Positions 48,101 through 63,300 of a DNA stretch of 64,000 bases are shown here, one piece after another. The stretch is taken from NCBI GenBank assembly GCA_965637545.1, contig OZ281498.1, positions 7,378,001 through 7,442,000 of the forward strand, read 5' to 3'. The notes below the pieces were generated by a model. The model was not told the origin of the DNA. It was given only the letters and a program-made list of their open reading frames with translations, and did no database searches. The DNA is from Phallusia mammillata (Eukaryota). The position numbers were made by a program, and so were the translations under genes. Every line of letters starts with the position of its first letter. Positions within the stretch are counted from its first letter, which is position 1.

Positions 48101-51100
48101 CATCAACTGGTAATCGATGTTAATCTGTACATCCATGTCTTGTCTTCGGTTTGGGCCTGGTGCGTGCAAGACCCGACTCGGGTACTTGAAAGGCCGATTG
48201 CCGCCCCCTTGCTTGCTTGCAAACTTAGATGCGTCTCACACTATTGGAGTGTTGTGAATGACAACATAGATTGCAGAGTATGCAGCTCAGCATGGAGGAA
48301 GCAGGGCGGAAACGTACAAGCAATGATTTGCAACATGACACCTTGGGTTTCAAGTCAAGGTTATTTTGCCTTTGAAATCTCATGAGAACTGCAAAACCGA
48401 GTAAAAAGTCACTGAAAACCGTGTTGATAAAATTATTTTCCCAAAGTGGAACATTGTACTTTTTAGATCGTTCTCGACTGAAATGTGCAAAGATTCGAAC
48501 ACAAAGCCTTGTGACGGCCATACGTTTGTAATGTACGCCATATTACACATCGGTATGTTACTCTTTCACACAGAAATGCAACGCGTCAAGAAAAACCCAT
48601 ACTAAATTGAGCACCACCCCACGAAACATTGTAGTATACACATAACCTCCTGTTTCGTTTGTGTGCTATGTACCAGTTGAGTGTTATCAAAACTGTGGGC
48701 AATTAATCACACGAGATGTTCCCGAACATGAAGCGGAGGAGTATACGAGCGAGAATGGTGGACCCAATTAAAAGCTCCACCCACTTCACCACATGTTCCG
48801 CCATGTTAGGTAACCAAGGCACCGTAAAATTGTTGTAAACAAGAGATTTGCTCGGGATTTCGTCAGTAAACATTAGATTGCACAGAACAATGTGATTGGA
48901 GTTTGCTGCAAACCTCTTTGCAAGCGCAAGTCGCGGTGGTATGCAAGGCGTTTTAGGAAACATGCAGTACATTGTGATTGTATACGGCACTATTGCAAAT
49001 GGACTGTTTAAATGCAACTATCAGTGCTCTAAATTGAATCATACAATTCTATTCAATCAATATACTGGAGCGACTTTACAACGTTGTTAAAAGAAGGGCA
49101 ACTACATATAGCGTCATGGCAGTAAATAAGCTATCCAGGGGAAAAATCAAAGTATGACTTTTCAAAACGCTATTTTTAGGAGATTGAAATAAGAACCATA
49201 TTAGGTATTTCAGTTTACTTTAAAAACTGTTTGAACAGTCTAATATAAACCAAGTTGGTTTCCCTTGAGCAAGCAGGTACAACGCAACTAAACCAAACAA
49301 ACACAATGGGTAGCGACATACGTGCTTAGACAACACGTAAGTTTAGACTAATTGAGTTTACACGAGGTGTGGGCATCAAGTACTGCCGGGTGGATCAAAT
49401 GTGTAATGCATAGGGTACTTCAAGTTTGGGAAGCAAACAGCCCACAGATGCGCTCCCTCGGTTGCTCTTATCTCGCCCTCAAGTGCTTAATTGCTATCGA
49501 ATCGGCCTCTCACAAACCTGTGACGCAGCGAGATGATAAGATGTGGGAATAAGGAGACATACGGCACTCATGTCGTGAACACACACCAGTGAGTAATTGC
49601 CGCAATTATATGGCAAAAAGGTTGAGATGCAAGGCAGAGGAGGGCGACGTCTCAAGCTGCTAAATCGAAACAAATAGAATTAGGCTTAATTTCATTTCGT
49701 CGCTGTGGAATTGCCCCGTGGGGGTGCAACTTTAAGCGAAGACTCGTGTCAGCAATCGACGCGGCTGACAAGTCACGTGACGAAACGAAACGCGCATCCA
49801 TTATCAATAATCCGCGTATTTGTGCGGGCAAACATAGAACTGGCCGAAAATAGAAACGCGTCGCGAAAATGGAGAGACATGAATCAATGCGATCGTGTTG
49901 CTATAATATTTACCTTTGCGACAGGTAAGTCCACTTTTCCATTGTCTCCCGACTTTGCGCGGCATCTACGGGGCTACGTACAAGGCATACAACCAGCAGC
50001 GGTTGAAAACAAACACAAAACGCGTGTCTGCTGCGCACAATATATGCCACGGGCTCACGACGTGCTGTATACGCACGTTGGACGACCCCACGAGATAACC
50101 CCGCTGTCAAAGGTGGCTCCTTTATCGCACCTAAACGCCTTACCACAACACGGTTTTGTCATTAGCAGTCGTGCCAATAAACAGTCAAACTGACAGAATG
50201 CCGCTGCGATGTATGCCGAGCTGCATACGAGCGCGCTACATCTTTTGTATCACATCTAACCAAAGTACAGGTTGCAAGAACGCGTTTTGTTTCAAAGAAA
50301 TACATAGCAAAGGATCGTGCGTTGACAAGGCCAAGGTTATCGTGGTAAACCTAGAAGAATCAGTGCTCAATGGTTTCATTGTACAACGGGATGATGTTAG
50401 AAGTTCACAATCAATTATCCGGCGTAACATCTGTGATAAGTGCCGCTGCTTTGTCACACCTTGCTCGCTAATCTGCATACTAGGAATCGATAAACGTCAA
50501 CCCAAACAAGGTCTATATCTTCCCCTTCCTTGGAAACGGGTTAGGTATCAAATGTGTAAGACAAAATATGGAACCAGACAATTATGCCACGTTTGTTAAT
50601 TCTTCCCATAACACAGATCCAGATATTTTAACAAACACATGTAAATACTTATGATCAATCAATTTGAAACCTGTTTTTAATACTTCAAAACGTTGTCTTC
50701 GACTCATTAACACCTTAAATGTATATAAAGCTTAATAACGTCGCCATACATCAAAGAAAGTTGCCGATAATGTCTTAGAAAAGATTTTCGCTATAGCGAT
50801 TTCCAATATCGAGACGATCAAAAATGGGCGGGAAGCAAAATTTTAGACCTGATGAACGACCTTGAACTGAAAAACATGTTAGGTAATTATCAGCAATTTG
50901 TTCCAATCATAAGTTGTTTCGACGAAGCAAATTCAGACATGCCATAAGTGGTTGTGTCGCATTCCTGATCAAGACGAATCAAATAGAATTTTCGATGCCT
51001 ATGCGAGTCATTTTGATCCGCGATCGTCAAATAATTGCGGTCACGGAATAGTGTAATTGTCCACTCTCAACTACGAATTTGGCGAGGCAAGAAACGCCCA

Positions 51101-54100
51101 ACTATATTGCTTATCGATGTTAGTGACGACTTCGAATTTTAGGGTAAAAGTCATGATCTTGAAATATTTTTGCAATAATAATGTTGTAAATTGAGTTTAT
51201 AATATAAAGGTTTTTAGCGTTTTAAAACTACATGCTTATTTAGGAAGGAGCTGGGGCCTGCGCAATTGTTAAGTTATATGGTGTAAAATATTACAAAACT
51301 CACAAATGTAAGACACATCTGTATAACTTTGCGCTTTCCAACAGCAGTTGATTTGTGTGACGATTTGACACATTTATAGCAAATTTTTTTTCCAATACCA
51401 GAAGTAACAGGTTTCAAAATAGGATATTACACACCTTGATAGAAATCTCCACATTTGTGACGTTTTGTTTAGCCGTGCTCAATATAAGTAATTATCAATT
51501 TCACACAAACCCTAGCAAGCCTTAAAAAAATCCCCTACGTATGACATCTGATCTTACCCTATAACCTCATCCGTCATAATTTGTAACAAAAATCCCCGCA
51601 TTCATACGGGTTATTTAATATCCGGACTTTATCCCTTCATCTTCACGGCCAGTTACCGCATACAGTTTTAACACTTCATTTCATAACAAAGCTGTCCCAG
51701 TGGAAGCAACAGACACCCTAATCGCCGCGTGATCAGCTTGGGCAAGGCAATCGCTGGTTTGTCGCATCACGCGGATCAAAGCAAAGATCTTAAAGCGAAT
51801 ATTTGACTTAGCAGGGTCCGAAGCGTGGCCAAGAGTTTGCGATTAATTAGAAGTTTTGTATCTGCTTCAGCTGTGAGATTTAACTCGAAATGCGCGAATG
51901 CAGCACCTTTGCAGAAAAGGAAATTGGCGCCAGAAACCTCTGTGTGGCACGAAATGACGAAAACTGGAATACAAAGCAAACTGTAGTTTTTGCAAAGCAA
52001 TGGAACAAAAGAAAAACGCTGATTGCTCTTTTAAATGAATACTTTCAAGGGCAACAAAAAACAACAACATAGAAAGCAGTTTTATATCAGAAATAGTTGT
52101 AATTCTGAAATAGAAGAACTGTTGCTTCATCTTTTTTATTGCTAAATAACAGCACACCTAACAATGATCGTCAAAATGGAATGCTTACTATTGTCGGGAA
52201 AGATCCTGTAAAAAATACTAAATGCTAAGATAGGCTTGTACACTTTTAGCTTATATCAAATATGCATGACAACTTTAATTAAAAAGTAAAGCTTGGCGCG
52301 CGGTATCTCTATACGAATGGGCCGAATTTCAATCTTGCATATTTCTGCATCATTTACCTCTGAGCACTAATCATTAGTTTATTTCCGGAAACAGTCTTTG
52401 CGTAACCATTTTCAAACGCTCTATGCAGGTACTTGTTTGTTATGCACAGCGTAGGCATCGAAACGAGCACCTGTCGTGTTTGAAAACCTAAATCGCCTTT
52501 TGACAGCCGTTCAAACCGTGCTTCCCAATATCAAATGCCTGTTGACAAAATAAGCAGGTTCAAACGATGTGAGTTTAGCAAAATTTGCAGGCAGTAATTG
52601 CTCGACAGATGCGTGTGTTTTGATCGTCAACATTGAAGACATGCCAAATTTCCTGTTTGATATCATCTGCTGGCGTAACGGACTTGATAGGTATGTAAAT
52701 GAGAATGTTTGACATTAAGTTGCCGGTCAATTTCAGGTCGTTCCGAGAAGATATTTTTGCTACCACCGGTCATCAGGTGTTGAATTGAAAACAGTTCGTG
52801 CGTTGGTTTAATCTTCTGTGGCTGCCAAAATACCTCATAATGTTTGCAGGCAACAGCCAAGAAAGCCTGATGATCTTTGATAGAGGTTTTTCTTATAATT
52901 CTTTAAAATCACTGTATGGAAAAAGTTACCTATGCTATGGACTAAAGCAGCTCAGACTGAATTGAAGTTAATGCTAAATGGATGAAATGAATCAAAATTC
53001 AAATTTTCAGCAATTAAAGAAACATTAAAATGTTTTTTGAATTAAAGTAGTGCCATACTATTCCAGCTTAAACAACTTAAGTCAGCGGAGCGAAGAAGTT
53101 TCGTTCCGTGTTTTGCATGACCACACATAGTAGCATACCACAATCGTCCAATCCCAAACAAGTATCGAGTACAGTTAACTCCACGCGTTAACACAAAGCC
53201 TTGTTAGTCGGATAAATGTTGTGGCCGAGTGCCAACGCCGCTTGAGAAGCGAGTCCATTCGCACGGGGTTAGATATCAATGAACGCCACCAACCGATCTC
53301 TCAATCTTTTGTTACACGCGCGAAGGTTTGGTTGACAAACAAACAGGGTTGGATCAGGATTCGATTGACTCATCACCATGTGGTTGAATAGTTAAGAGCT
53401 GGGAACATGGGAAAGCTGACTTAGCTGTTGTTGTTATTGCGTGTGTCACGCCTAACACCTCGTGTGCTTGTGTTGCGGGTTTAGGGAGTTTTTGATAAAG
53501 ATTTGCTTGAGAATTGATTTGGGACGCTGTGCTCAACACACCAAAACAAATGCACACAAACATGATTGTTTCAACGCGACAGTAAAATTTTTGGCGGTCT
53601 CCGTCTTGCCACGATTGTAGATTAGACTAAACAGTGCATGGTCTTCTTCCAATAACTAGTTAACTTAAATATAAAGTATCTACAAAAATCAATAGGCTTA
53701 ATAATGTAAAACAAACCTTTATAAGCCAAAAGCAAATTTTCCATGTAGCAATATCGTAACGAAGCAAATCATATAATGTCACAACCAGAGTCGGTAGTTA
53801 ACAACAAAAAACAGAGTTGATAATCAACATGGAAGATGAAATGTGTTTGAGATACCCTTTCAAGACAAAAAAACAAAAAACTTTTTCTCCTGTTTATCAA
53901 AAAGCTTGAAAAACTTGTTTTGTGAGAGCAACAGAGGAAGTAGTAATTTCCTTCTGGGAAAGCAACGCATTTACGGTCAAAGTTTTACAGCGTATATTCA
54001 ACTCCCGAAACAAACTTTAGCCGCACAAGTCCTGCAAGGAACTCCCGTGTATGACTAAGGCCGTGAAGTGGAGACTGAACCGCCTAAGATGTAGTAAATC

Positions 54101-57100
54101 AGCGAGTTCCAAACTCCCAAAGCATAAATTCATAGCTTCGACAAGATCTTTGCCTAAGAATCTCCACTGCAGTAAATTTAGGCGCAACTATCCAAACACA
54201 GCGGTGAATTAAATCGTCAAATTTTAACAAGCGAGGCCCTGACCTTTATGTTTGCTTAGTGGTGAAGCGGAAGGCGATGTTATGGAAAGTTGAGTGTCGG
54301 CCGCGCCGTGAACGATTGCACTGTTTTTGTTTGTGTTGGGCCTTTGATAGCGGCGCGACGTAGAGGCCTGAAGAGAGCTTAACACAACAGCGCGTATCGT
54401 AACTGCAGTACCTTTGACTTTCTCTGTCCCTCGTGTTGATCTTAGTGTTTATCCGGTAGCCACTGGCGATTTAGATGTGGTAAAAATAGACCCCTTGCGC
54501 AGCAGGGGAATAAAGGCTTACGTAAAGATGTTGAATTAATGATTTCAACGTAAGAAGGCTATTCCGGAGGTGATGTGGACAGGAAACGTACATATACTGT
54601 TAATTTTTGCGTACGTAAAGATGTGTTAAGTTCTTGTTTTTTTTTTTTAACTTGACCAAAACCCAAGAAAGAAAGTACCGCCTAAAGGTATATTTCTATC
54701 TTAAAGCAGTAAAATGACCCTCAATAATTAGCTAAAGATGACTGCAGTGTATCTTTTCCCAAACACAATCACTTTCATTGCACAGTCAAGGTTTAGGGCT
54801 GACACTAATCTCCTTGTTAGACTGATACAGTATTAAATTCACAAACCAAAAAGGGCCGCATATTGCAGATTGGCTTTCAGGCAATTACGCTTTCGCATAA
54901 TATTTCCAACCAACAACCAACAAAGTGTGGTTAGTATTGTCACCTTTAGGTCAAACTTGTGCGCAAAGGCATCAATGACAGGGTATTAGGCTGGCGATGA
55001 GGGAATAATCTGACAACGGATCAGGAGTCGAGGTGTGAACTATGGGCGGTTTAGACCAGTAACCGACCACGCGGCAAAGTTTACGAAAGACGGTCACGAC
55101 CAGTTCGAAATCTCCTCACACGATCTTTGCTAAGTAATTGGAACTTTCAATTGACGTCAAAGGTACAGAACGAAATCGCGCTTAATTGGCTCATTGTTAC
55201 ACGGGTATTTAAGCTGGTTTGATGTACGTTTTGCGCAGTCGACCATGAGACACTATGTCCAAATTGGTACAACATCGATTGAGAAATGGTCACAACATTC
55301 GAATGGATATTTGAACTTGGCGACGCTTTATAACATAAAGCTTTCTGGAAATCCGACTTTATCTGTTAAACAACAATTGTAATGAGGTTTTGTACCTTAA
55401 CTATATGTTAAAAACTTACAAAACAATAGAATAAACAAATAACGATGAATGACAGTGGTTAACCGCAACTAAAGCTTCAGACTTGCCAATATATTATCTC
55501 ACGCTTAAAGGGCAAAGCCTCAGAATGTAGTTCGTGGCCACACAAAGAACACCACAGATTAATTAAAACCACAAGAGAACCTTATATTAAGCCCAACATT
55601 GTGCGGTGGGCATTTATCACAATAGTGGGGGGTATGTAAAATTGCCTTGTCAGAATTCAGGAAAAGGCACGTACACTGGGTAAAATTAGCGGACCCCGGG
55701 GATTAGATCCAGTTTTCACGTCTGTTGATACAGGTTCCGTACCTTTCGGCGTTTCGAAGAAGGTTGTGCCTTCATGACAGAGCCCCGCTGCACAGCGACA
55801 CGAAGGGTAGAGAATCTGATTAATGTGCTTGCAAACAGTCTTACCACAAAGCCGCGGGGGCCTTGCGTTCCCAGGCCGGATTAACTTCGCGATATCGTCG
55901 AGAACACCAACAGCACCCGTTAGTTTGTCAATCGATTGTCGACCCCGAAAACAGACCCTTGTAGACCCAGATGGCGAATCGTTTCCACTTACCTTCGGGC
56001 CCCCATTGCTACGACTTCAAGCGTGAGATCTCGCAGGCGCCTTACTTGTTGAGTGATCGTTATCGATGGGAATCGGTTGCAGGTTTCATTGTCCCTCGTC
56101 GCTACGCATGTGGTCGCATGAATAGAATGCCTTCGCCGCCGCTGTATTTCGCAGGTAGCGCGAAAATACGCAAACTGTACAGTCCAGATTTGTTTACCGT
56201 CACGCGAAAATTGGATTGGACACAGTTGTTTTGCGTATGACTGACAGTAATGAGACGCAATACACGTTTTGACACCTACCGCAGACTAAAGTAAATATTT
56301 TGGCAGTAAGAATTGTTATTTTGGTTGTTTTGACACAATGTCTAAACAATGTGTTGAAAGCAGAATTGCACACAAGGTGTGAGAAACCGCTGGCAAATTG
56401 TGAGCGTACATAACTAAGTTTTACGCCAGTTAAGCCATAGCAGCTTTACCTTATACCACACGTATGTTTTTACCATTAAATCAAAATTTAAAACAAATAA
56501 AGGTGAAATTTTGGTTTAGTGTGCAACAAAATCACTTGTCACCAAGCCAACCTACTTTGTTCAAACCTTCATGGAATTCAGGCCTTAAGAAACCGTGAAA
56601 TTATCACACACCATAGCCCAAGCAAGAGGTTGCGGCTTATAACACAATTTCGCCACCTTTGCCTTATAGTGACGTAAGTAGCATGTCAAGTGTTTATTGC
56701 TACCATTAAAAGCTCGTTAGCGGCTCTTATCTACCGGTCATCTTTCCTCTCACCTTTGTGCCCTTGACGTTTCAATAGACATTCGTCAACGCGCGATAGA
56801 TTGATTTGAAATCTTGGTCGTTTTGAGAGAGACAAGGATGTGGGTCAAGTGCTGAAAACAAAAATTTGCAATAGCAAGTTAACAAATTTGAGCTTCAAAA
56901 TTTATACAGAAATAATGCATTAAAGCTTAGTTACTAAGTTTGGTTATGTCCTGGTGAATTGAGTTAGCTTGTAAAATTGGTGTAGCATTAATTCATTCAC
57001 TCCTAAAATAACATGACTATATATGCAAAGCTTACACACTACTGATATTAGTCCTTAAGTATTCTTGCAGATCGATAAACGTGCGCACATTCAAGAGTGT

Positions 57101-60100
57101 AAGTGATTAGATTTTGGAAGACACTGAGCTTGCGCAAGTCCGTTACAAGCTTGACCCATCTTCTCAGCCCGGCTCCCACAGCAGGCATGACTTCCATGTT
57201 GCAGAGGTTGGTAGAAATATTTTGAGACATAACCGTGCTGGTGCCAGATATTTTCTGACATCAAAGTTTTTCAGCTTCAAAGTAACCACAAAATTAATGC
57301 TGACGTTAAAATGCGTTTGTTGTGTAAACATAATTCCACAACGCACTCTGAACCAAAGCTTATACGTTTTTATGCTTCACTGTTACGAAACAAAATTTGG
57401 GAAGCTACGTGCATTTCGCACCACGAAAAACGTCGTGATCACAGTACTGCCATATTTTTAGGTTCGATGCTTTATTAAAACTTACGCCCTATTACACACA
57501 GAGGTCGCACAGTCATTACAAAAGCGTCAAAGCCAACAATTACACATCAAAAACCCACGAACTGTTTTCGGATACAAAGAAATTTCAAAGCGCGGTCGTA
57601 GGGCATTTGGCCGAAGTCTGACTATGGAAGCAAGCGGTGATATGATCACAAACAAACACCAATGCCTGCGTATGCAATTTTGATGTTTGCGCAGGGCACA
57701 TAATTTGAAAAGGATGTTATTGCCAAATTATAACGAGGTTAATAAACAAACTTTAGTGAGCCTCAAAGCTATTGACACCGCCAAAACGGAAATACACGCA
57801 GCTCATTTTATACACATCATATGCATGCTTGTTTATGTACGATATACAATTTGAAAGAGGTGTACATCATAAAACTCCGCACTTTTTCGCCCATTACTTA
57901 AACCATCAGTGGAAAATAGGTAAACCACCAAATCTAAGCTCAGCAGCGTGGAAAACGACGTGGGTAATTTGATATTCAAACAATGATCGATGCTAGGTTG
58001 GTTTTGCTTGGTTTTTCAGGCTGTTGTTGCGGGTGTCCGTCGGTTAGTTGTTATCCCGTTTGAAGGTTCACCTTAGGTCTTTGGTGCCCATGCAACACTG
58101 GGCAATATTTGCTGCAGAAAATATGTTTGTGCTGGAATATCGGCACCTTTTCATTATAAAGGTCAGACGCTTTTTGCAGGTAGAAACACCTGTGCTAAAC
58201 ATAATTGAGATCCGACGCATGAAATAAACACAACCGATGGAAAACAGCACAAATCATTGCCTGCAAATAAACAAGCTTTTTGATTTTAGGAGCGCTCTGC
58301 CCATAAAACAAATATATGTGATCTAAGATAAATTTAAACGGCAATACCCATCAATGCGCTGTTTCATTTTCAGGTCGTTCAATATACTAACATGGGTAAC
58401 TTCAAAATCACAGTGGCCAAAGTTTTGATAAACCCAAATTTAGGGATTCAACAGGCATGGGCGCATAAAAGTGATCCTTACAGTTCATCAAATTTAAAAT
58501 ATTGTTTTGGTAATGCAAATCACAAAGAACCTCAACACGGAATAACATTCGTAACTATGTGTTGAGATAGAGCATGGTATTTCTTAACACATGTCAAACA
58601 CCTAGATGATGGACTTGAACATTGTTATTTTAACTTCTGACACTAATACCTCTGACGTAACGTTGAGCTTTTCGTAGTTTATTCATTAACGACAAGAACG
58701 ACCAGGGCAGTAAAGTCGTTTGCCCAAAACCATCATGTGTATTTCAAAGCGTGTCGAATCGCGAAGTGTCATCGTTGCAATACGCGATCACGACAGGCCG
58801 TGGGAACCAACGACAAATGGACGCGTGACAGCCCGAGACAGTGAAGTGCAAAGACTTGATGGTAAACGGGTGCAAACGGCTTCAGCTTCAGTTAAACTAA
58901 TTGTTTTTCCCAGAGTGGCAGCTTCGGCTGCAGTTGTTGTTGTTGTCTTATTTTAAGGGAAGCAAAGTGGGTTGAAGTTATTGGTTGAGTTTGGTAAAAG
59001 GAAAAGTTGCTGCGAAACTCGAACAGGAAAAATTAGAAGAGTTTGACAAACGTATGCGTTATGTTGCTCGTATACAAAAAGTAGCCATAGCAGTAGATGA
59101 GAGCAGTATTTTTTTCAATTACTGTGTTGCAAAAGTATCCGTTTCTCACGAGTTTAAATATAGACTGTTGTTTTCAGGTCTGATGGCAAAATAAGAATGT
59201 GAATGACTAAACTACATTACGTTGTGGTTTAGTTAGTTAGGAGTGCCCTGAACAAAATTTAGATTGTGTTCCGCAATTTGGAAACCTTGGAAAACACTGG
59301 AATAAGTTTTACGCTCTGCAAAGACGAATAAATATTACATGAGAGAAAGTTATGTTGTAAAAAGCTTAAATTGTTAGTTGGTGTAAGGAAGCGTTTTAAT
59401 GTAAACACTCAAGTAAAGGTACTCCCAGTAATGGATTTTGTCGTAAATAATGTTTTATGCATTCAGTAATTATACGGTTTTGCGTTGAAATAATATGGAA
59501 GGAAAATATATATTTCCTTACTTTAATCTTGAATGTTAAAAACACACCTGTTGTCTAAAAATCAAGTGGTGATAAGTATTGGCAATATAATCTCAAACAG
59601 GCATTGGAACTTGTGCATTAACATTGGCAAATAATTAACAAACTTGGGACTTTTTAACCTTGAATTTGAACCTGGTATGCACAACGATCGTGGACAGACA
59701 GTCGTAAATAGCTAACGCAATTTAACACCCAGTAAATTACACATTAACTACTTGACACCCTTAAAAATGAGTTTTAAAAGGTAGTATAATCTGTTTGACA
59801 ATAAAACTGGAATGTTCATTCTAATGGCGTTGCGGGCTATGCAAAGTATTGAGAACGTTAACTTGCATTTTTTTCGAACCCTAGCACTACTGCTATTGTA
59901 AGCAGGTTAACTGGATACGTGAAACTTGGCTTTGAACGAATGGGATAAAATAAGTTTGTTTGCAAATGAGTTTGACAAGTCTGGCATTGGGTCTTTGCAA
60001 GACGTAAGAACTTAAACTAATGTTTGATTAGGGTAAGTTGACACCATAGGCGCCAACTGTTGTTACGACTTTGAGAGAGTAAAAAAGTTCAAAATATTTA

Positions 60101-60332
60101 CTTAGCAAAGAAATGTGCTCTGTCTTTTGAAAAATACGTTGTCGCACTGTACAAGGTCTAAAACAAACGCCGAATTTTCCTGATTGTCAAAAAAGTCATT
60201 CAACAGGGAATCACATTTAAACAACAAAATGCTTGAACTTCAAGAGACGGAATTATTACTTGAGGTCACGCAAAAACCTTACACAAAAATAGAAAAAGCG
60301 GAAAAAACTGCGCGCGCGGTCGCATGATCAAC

Positions 60333-60389
60333 TGTCACAGCTGTGACAATTGCGTGTCGTTTGACGTCATCCCAGTGACCGTGACGTCA
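60333..60389. promoter_or_regulatory. Motif cluster: 16-bp palindrome plus two CRE sites
   Basis: TGTCACAGCTGTGACA (60333-60348, perfect palindrome with a central E-box CAGCTG); TGACGTCA at 60362-60369 and 60382-60389. Confidence 0.45.
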
Positions 60390-63300
60390 TTTCCATGGTT
60401 GGAACGCGACGTGTTTGCCTAGGAACAGGGTGGGAACAACAAACTAGTCCCGAAACGGGATGTTGTCGTGTCCATTAACGGTGTACCTGCGATGTTGCGA
60501 AACGGCGAACGCCCAACGCGGCCCAGAAGTTTTGTTCCGCATCATATTCAAGCTTCCAAGAGCCGCGCGCGACGCATAAGGCACGGGCGGGGGTTCAGAA
60601 GTCGTGCACAACGCTAACACAACACACGATGGGTGACCGCCGTCGCCGCACGGATACTGTTTCAAAATATGACGTGACTATAATAGAGGTTGTGACTTCG
60701 GGCTGCCGTCTGTCAATGCGCGAACGGTGTCAATCAAAAACGACTTGTTAAAGTGTATAGGCCTAGGTTACAAGTGTTTTGTGTGTTAAGTAGCTCAATG
60801 CGGAAAATAAATCACAAACGTCATGATTTTTGCCTCAAATTATGTAAAACTGCACAACTTTAAAATATTGCTTTAGGTGACAAAGTAGTATCAGAAACTT
60901 AGTTGTTTCATTGTAGTATATCATTGCAAAAACGAAACCACGGCCAGTATTTCAAATTCGAGCTTTTTTGAGGATAAGGTACAAGTGGTCAAGTTTAAGT
61001 TTAAACATAACGGCCTAATACTTGCCAGTTGCCTTTAAAGTAAAGAATGTCGACACTTTTACGCATAGGAAGTCGCACTAGTATGTTGACACAAGGGGGC
61101 GAAAACCCCGTGACAAAGTAAACTATTTCCCGCCAAAATTGCCAAAGGAGAAAACACGTGTTGCCGATATTTACCGACAAGTTGCTAATGGTCGGTGGTT
61201 ACGCCACCCGCTGTGACGTGTGGTCACATGGCCCATAAGGTGGGTGGCCACAAGTCTAAGAAGTAGGTTTCGATCTTAAACAGTTAAAGTAGGCTAGGAT
61301 TGTAGCGCTTTCTGTTCGTACGTGTAGTGATATGTTTCAGCTACAACAGTAAACGGTATAAAGCGATTCTAATTGAATAAGTTTAGCTACGGTGTGTTTT
61401 TCTTCTAGAAACCGTACTTAAAACAACGTTTTGGATTATTTCCTGTCCTCGCGCAATCATCAAAACGACCCTTTTCTAACAGCATAGTGCTCCGTAAAGT
61501 AACATTCAATATAATTCTGTCGTGGACAGGTTTATATCAACTTTATAGAGCTCTTCTGGTAATTGCATTTTTGCACCGACGTTTTCGACGTTAACTAGGC
61601 AAAATTTTGATTCTTAACCTTACCCTCAGCATAAAACGCATCACACACATCTTTGTAAATATCAACTGTATAAAAAATACAGTGGAGAGGAAAACGTGCG
61701 TTGATTCCACCTTATCTTTCTGCCTTTAGACGTTTGAGAATTCGGGCATCGCGTGCGGGATTTGAGGCAATTTTCTTTGTATCGTTTTGGTACGTTCGCA
61801 CTTCGCCGTCTGTCATCAACCGACGTGCCGCCGTGCGTTCAGATTTGACCCGGTGAACTGGCCTTTGTTGCTTCAAACGCGTCGAGTCTACAAAGGTCAA
61901 GGGCACAATGTCTGCACCTCGGTGATAAGACCTAAGACCCGCGGTGGCCACTTCAAGTTAAGGTAGCAACCCTTTTGCCTAGAAACGTGCCATTGGTTGA
62001 ATCTTCGTTAAAACGCCTTTGTCGGCATCAAAACTGCTCGCTTTATAGCATGAAGTAGGTTATCCGGCAAACCCGCAAAATCAAGTGTTACCAAATATTG
62101 TGAAAGAAAGCCATGTCAACATAGGCGATATTTACAAAACGCGACTTTTCGACTAATCATAGTTACCCCATGTTTCACTGTGACAGCAGTTGCAATTGTG
62201 ACTATTCCCCTCTACGATGTACCACTTACGAATGAGTAACTACTGTCATTAGAGGCAGTAAACTAAACTGCTTCAGAAAGGCACTGGTGATATTCTAACC
62301 GGTAGTAAAAAACGTTATTTAAAGACTACAAATCCTATATTAAGCCATCGTTAAAAGCAAGGGTCATAAAGTATAAGCCAACACGCTTATCTGAAAAACG
62401 TCCCCTGAAGCTACGCAAAGTGGACTACAAATGAATTATAATTGTCTCGTAAATCAGCAATATGAAAATGCAAATCAAATAAATGTAAGACCTTCTAGAA
62501 CAACTGTTTTCAGGTGTAAAAAGGTGTCATGAATACGCACCGTGCATTTAACCGTAACAAATTTGGTTCCGAACAAAAAAATAACATTATTACTGCACCC
62601 TGTTGTGCTCAACTAGTAATATTAAACCATGCTACATTACCAGAGCTACAGAAAATCGTGAGGGTAGAGCGATATGTGAAACTCCACGATCACGTTTCGT
62701 TGGTGAAAGGGAAAGTTGCCAAACGCTTTTGGATCCGTGCGGCGTATTTCAGTGCGTTGACGGACAAAATTCCTCGGTATAGGCCTATAGGATCATATAA
62801 GCCCTAGCTATAAAGTTAATCTGAAAAATTGACCGCATAAGCGTTTGACATCTGTCAACATGCGACCGCAGACCATCATCGAAAACTTGGAGCGTTTGCA
62901 GAGGCCGGTTATACCAACACCCTTATATAAGCAATACGGGGGCGAATCGACGGGAGCAATATGCAGTACTTATATGGCAAGAGGGCAAGGCTAACACGCG
63001 ACGGTTTGCTAAGGGGTAACCACACACAAGCATGGGGTCGCGCTTAGTGCTAACTAATCCGTAAGCCCTTGCGGCGGTAGGTTATAACCTCTTTCTGGGA
63101 GCTCAAAAACCGTCTTTTTGTTACATAAGCTACATATTAGTGTCAAACCGTGTTACGTTGCGCATTTAGGGCCAATATAACACTGACATGGTTTTTAGCA
63201 TTTAAACTGCAAGTATTTGGGTAGAAATGGTTGTTGTTTTTTTGTTTTTTACATGGACATACAGATTTTTTAACATGGACATTTTTTTGAACGTATTGAC

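Noticed and set aside
50849-50884. CTGATGA...GAAAAACATGTT hammerhead-like motif
   Set aside because: No stem II and stem I does not close.
51725-51774. 9-bp GC-rich stem CCGCGTGAT/ATCACGCGG with a small inner stem
   Set aside because: A single short hairpin is within chance expectation for a CpG-rich region, and no RNA family was recognised.
53221-53280. GTGGCCGAGTG A-box-like start of a tRNA
   Set aside because: The B-box is degenerate and there is no acceptor stem.
57077-57461. Possible plus-strand exon or ORF (EDTELAQVRYKLDP...)
   Set aside because: No partner exons or recognisable domain.
58988-59011. SLVKGKVA peptide shared with the ORF at 62697-62720
   Set aside because: Only about 20 nt of similarity and unrelated flanks; likely coincidence or a small shared motif.
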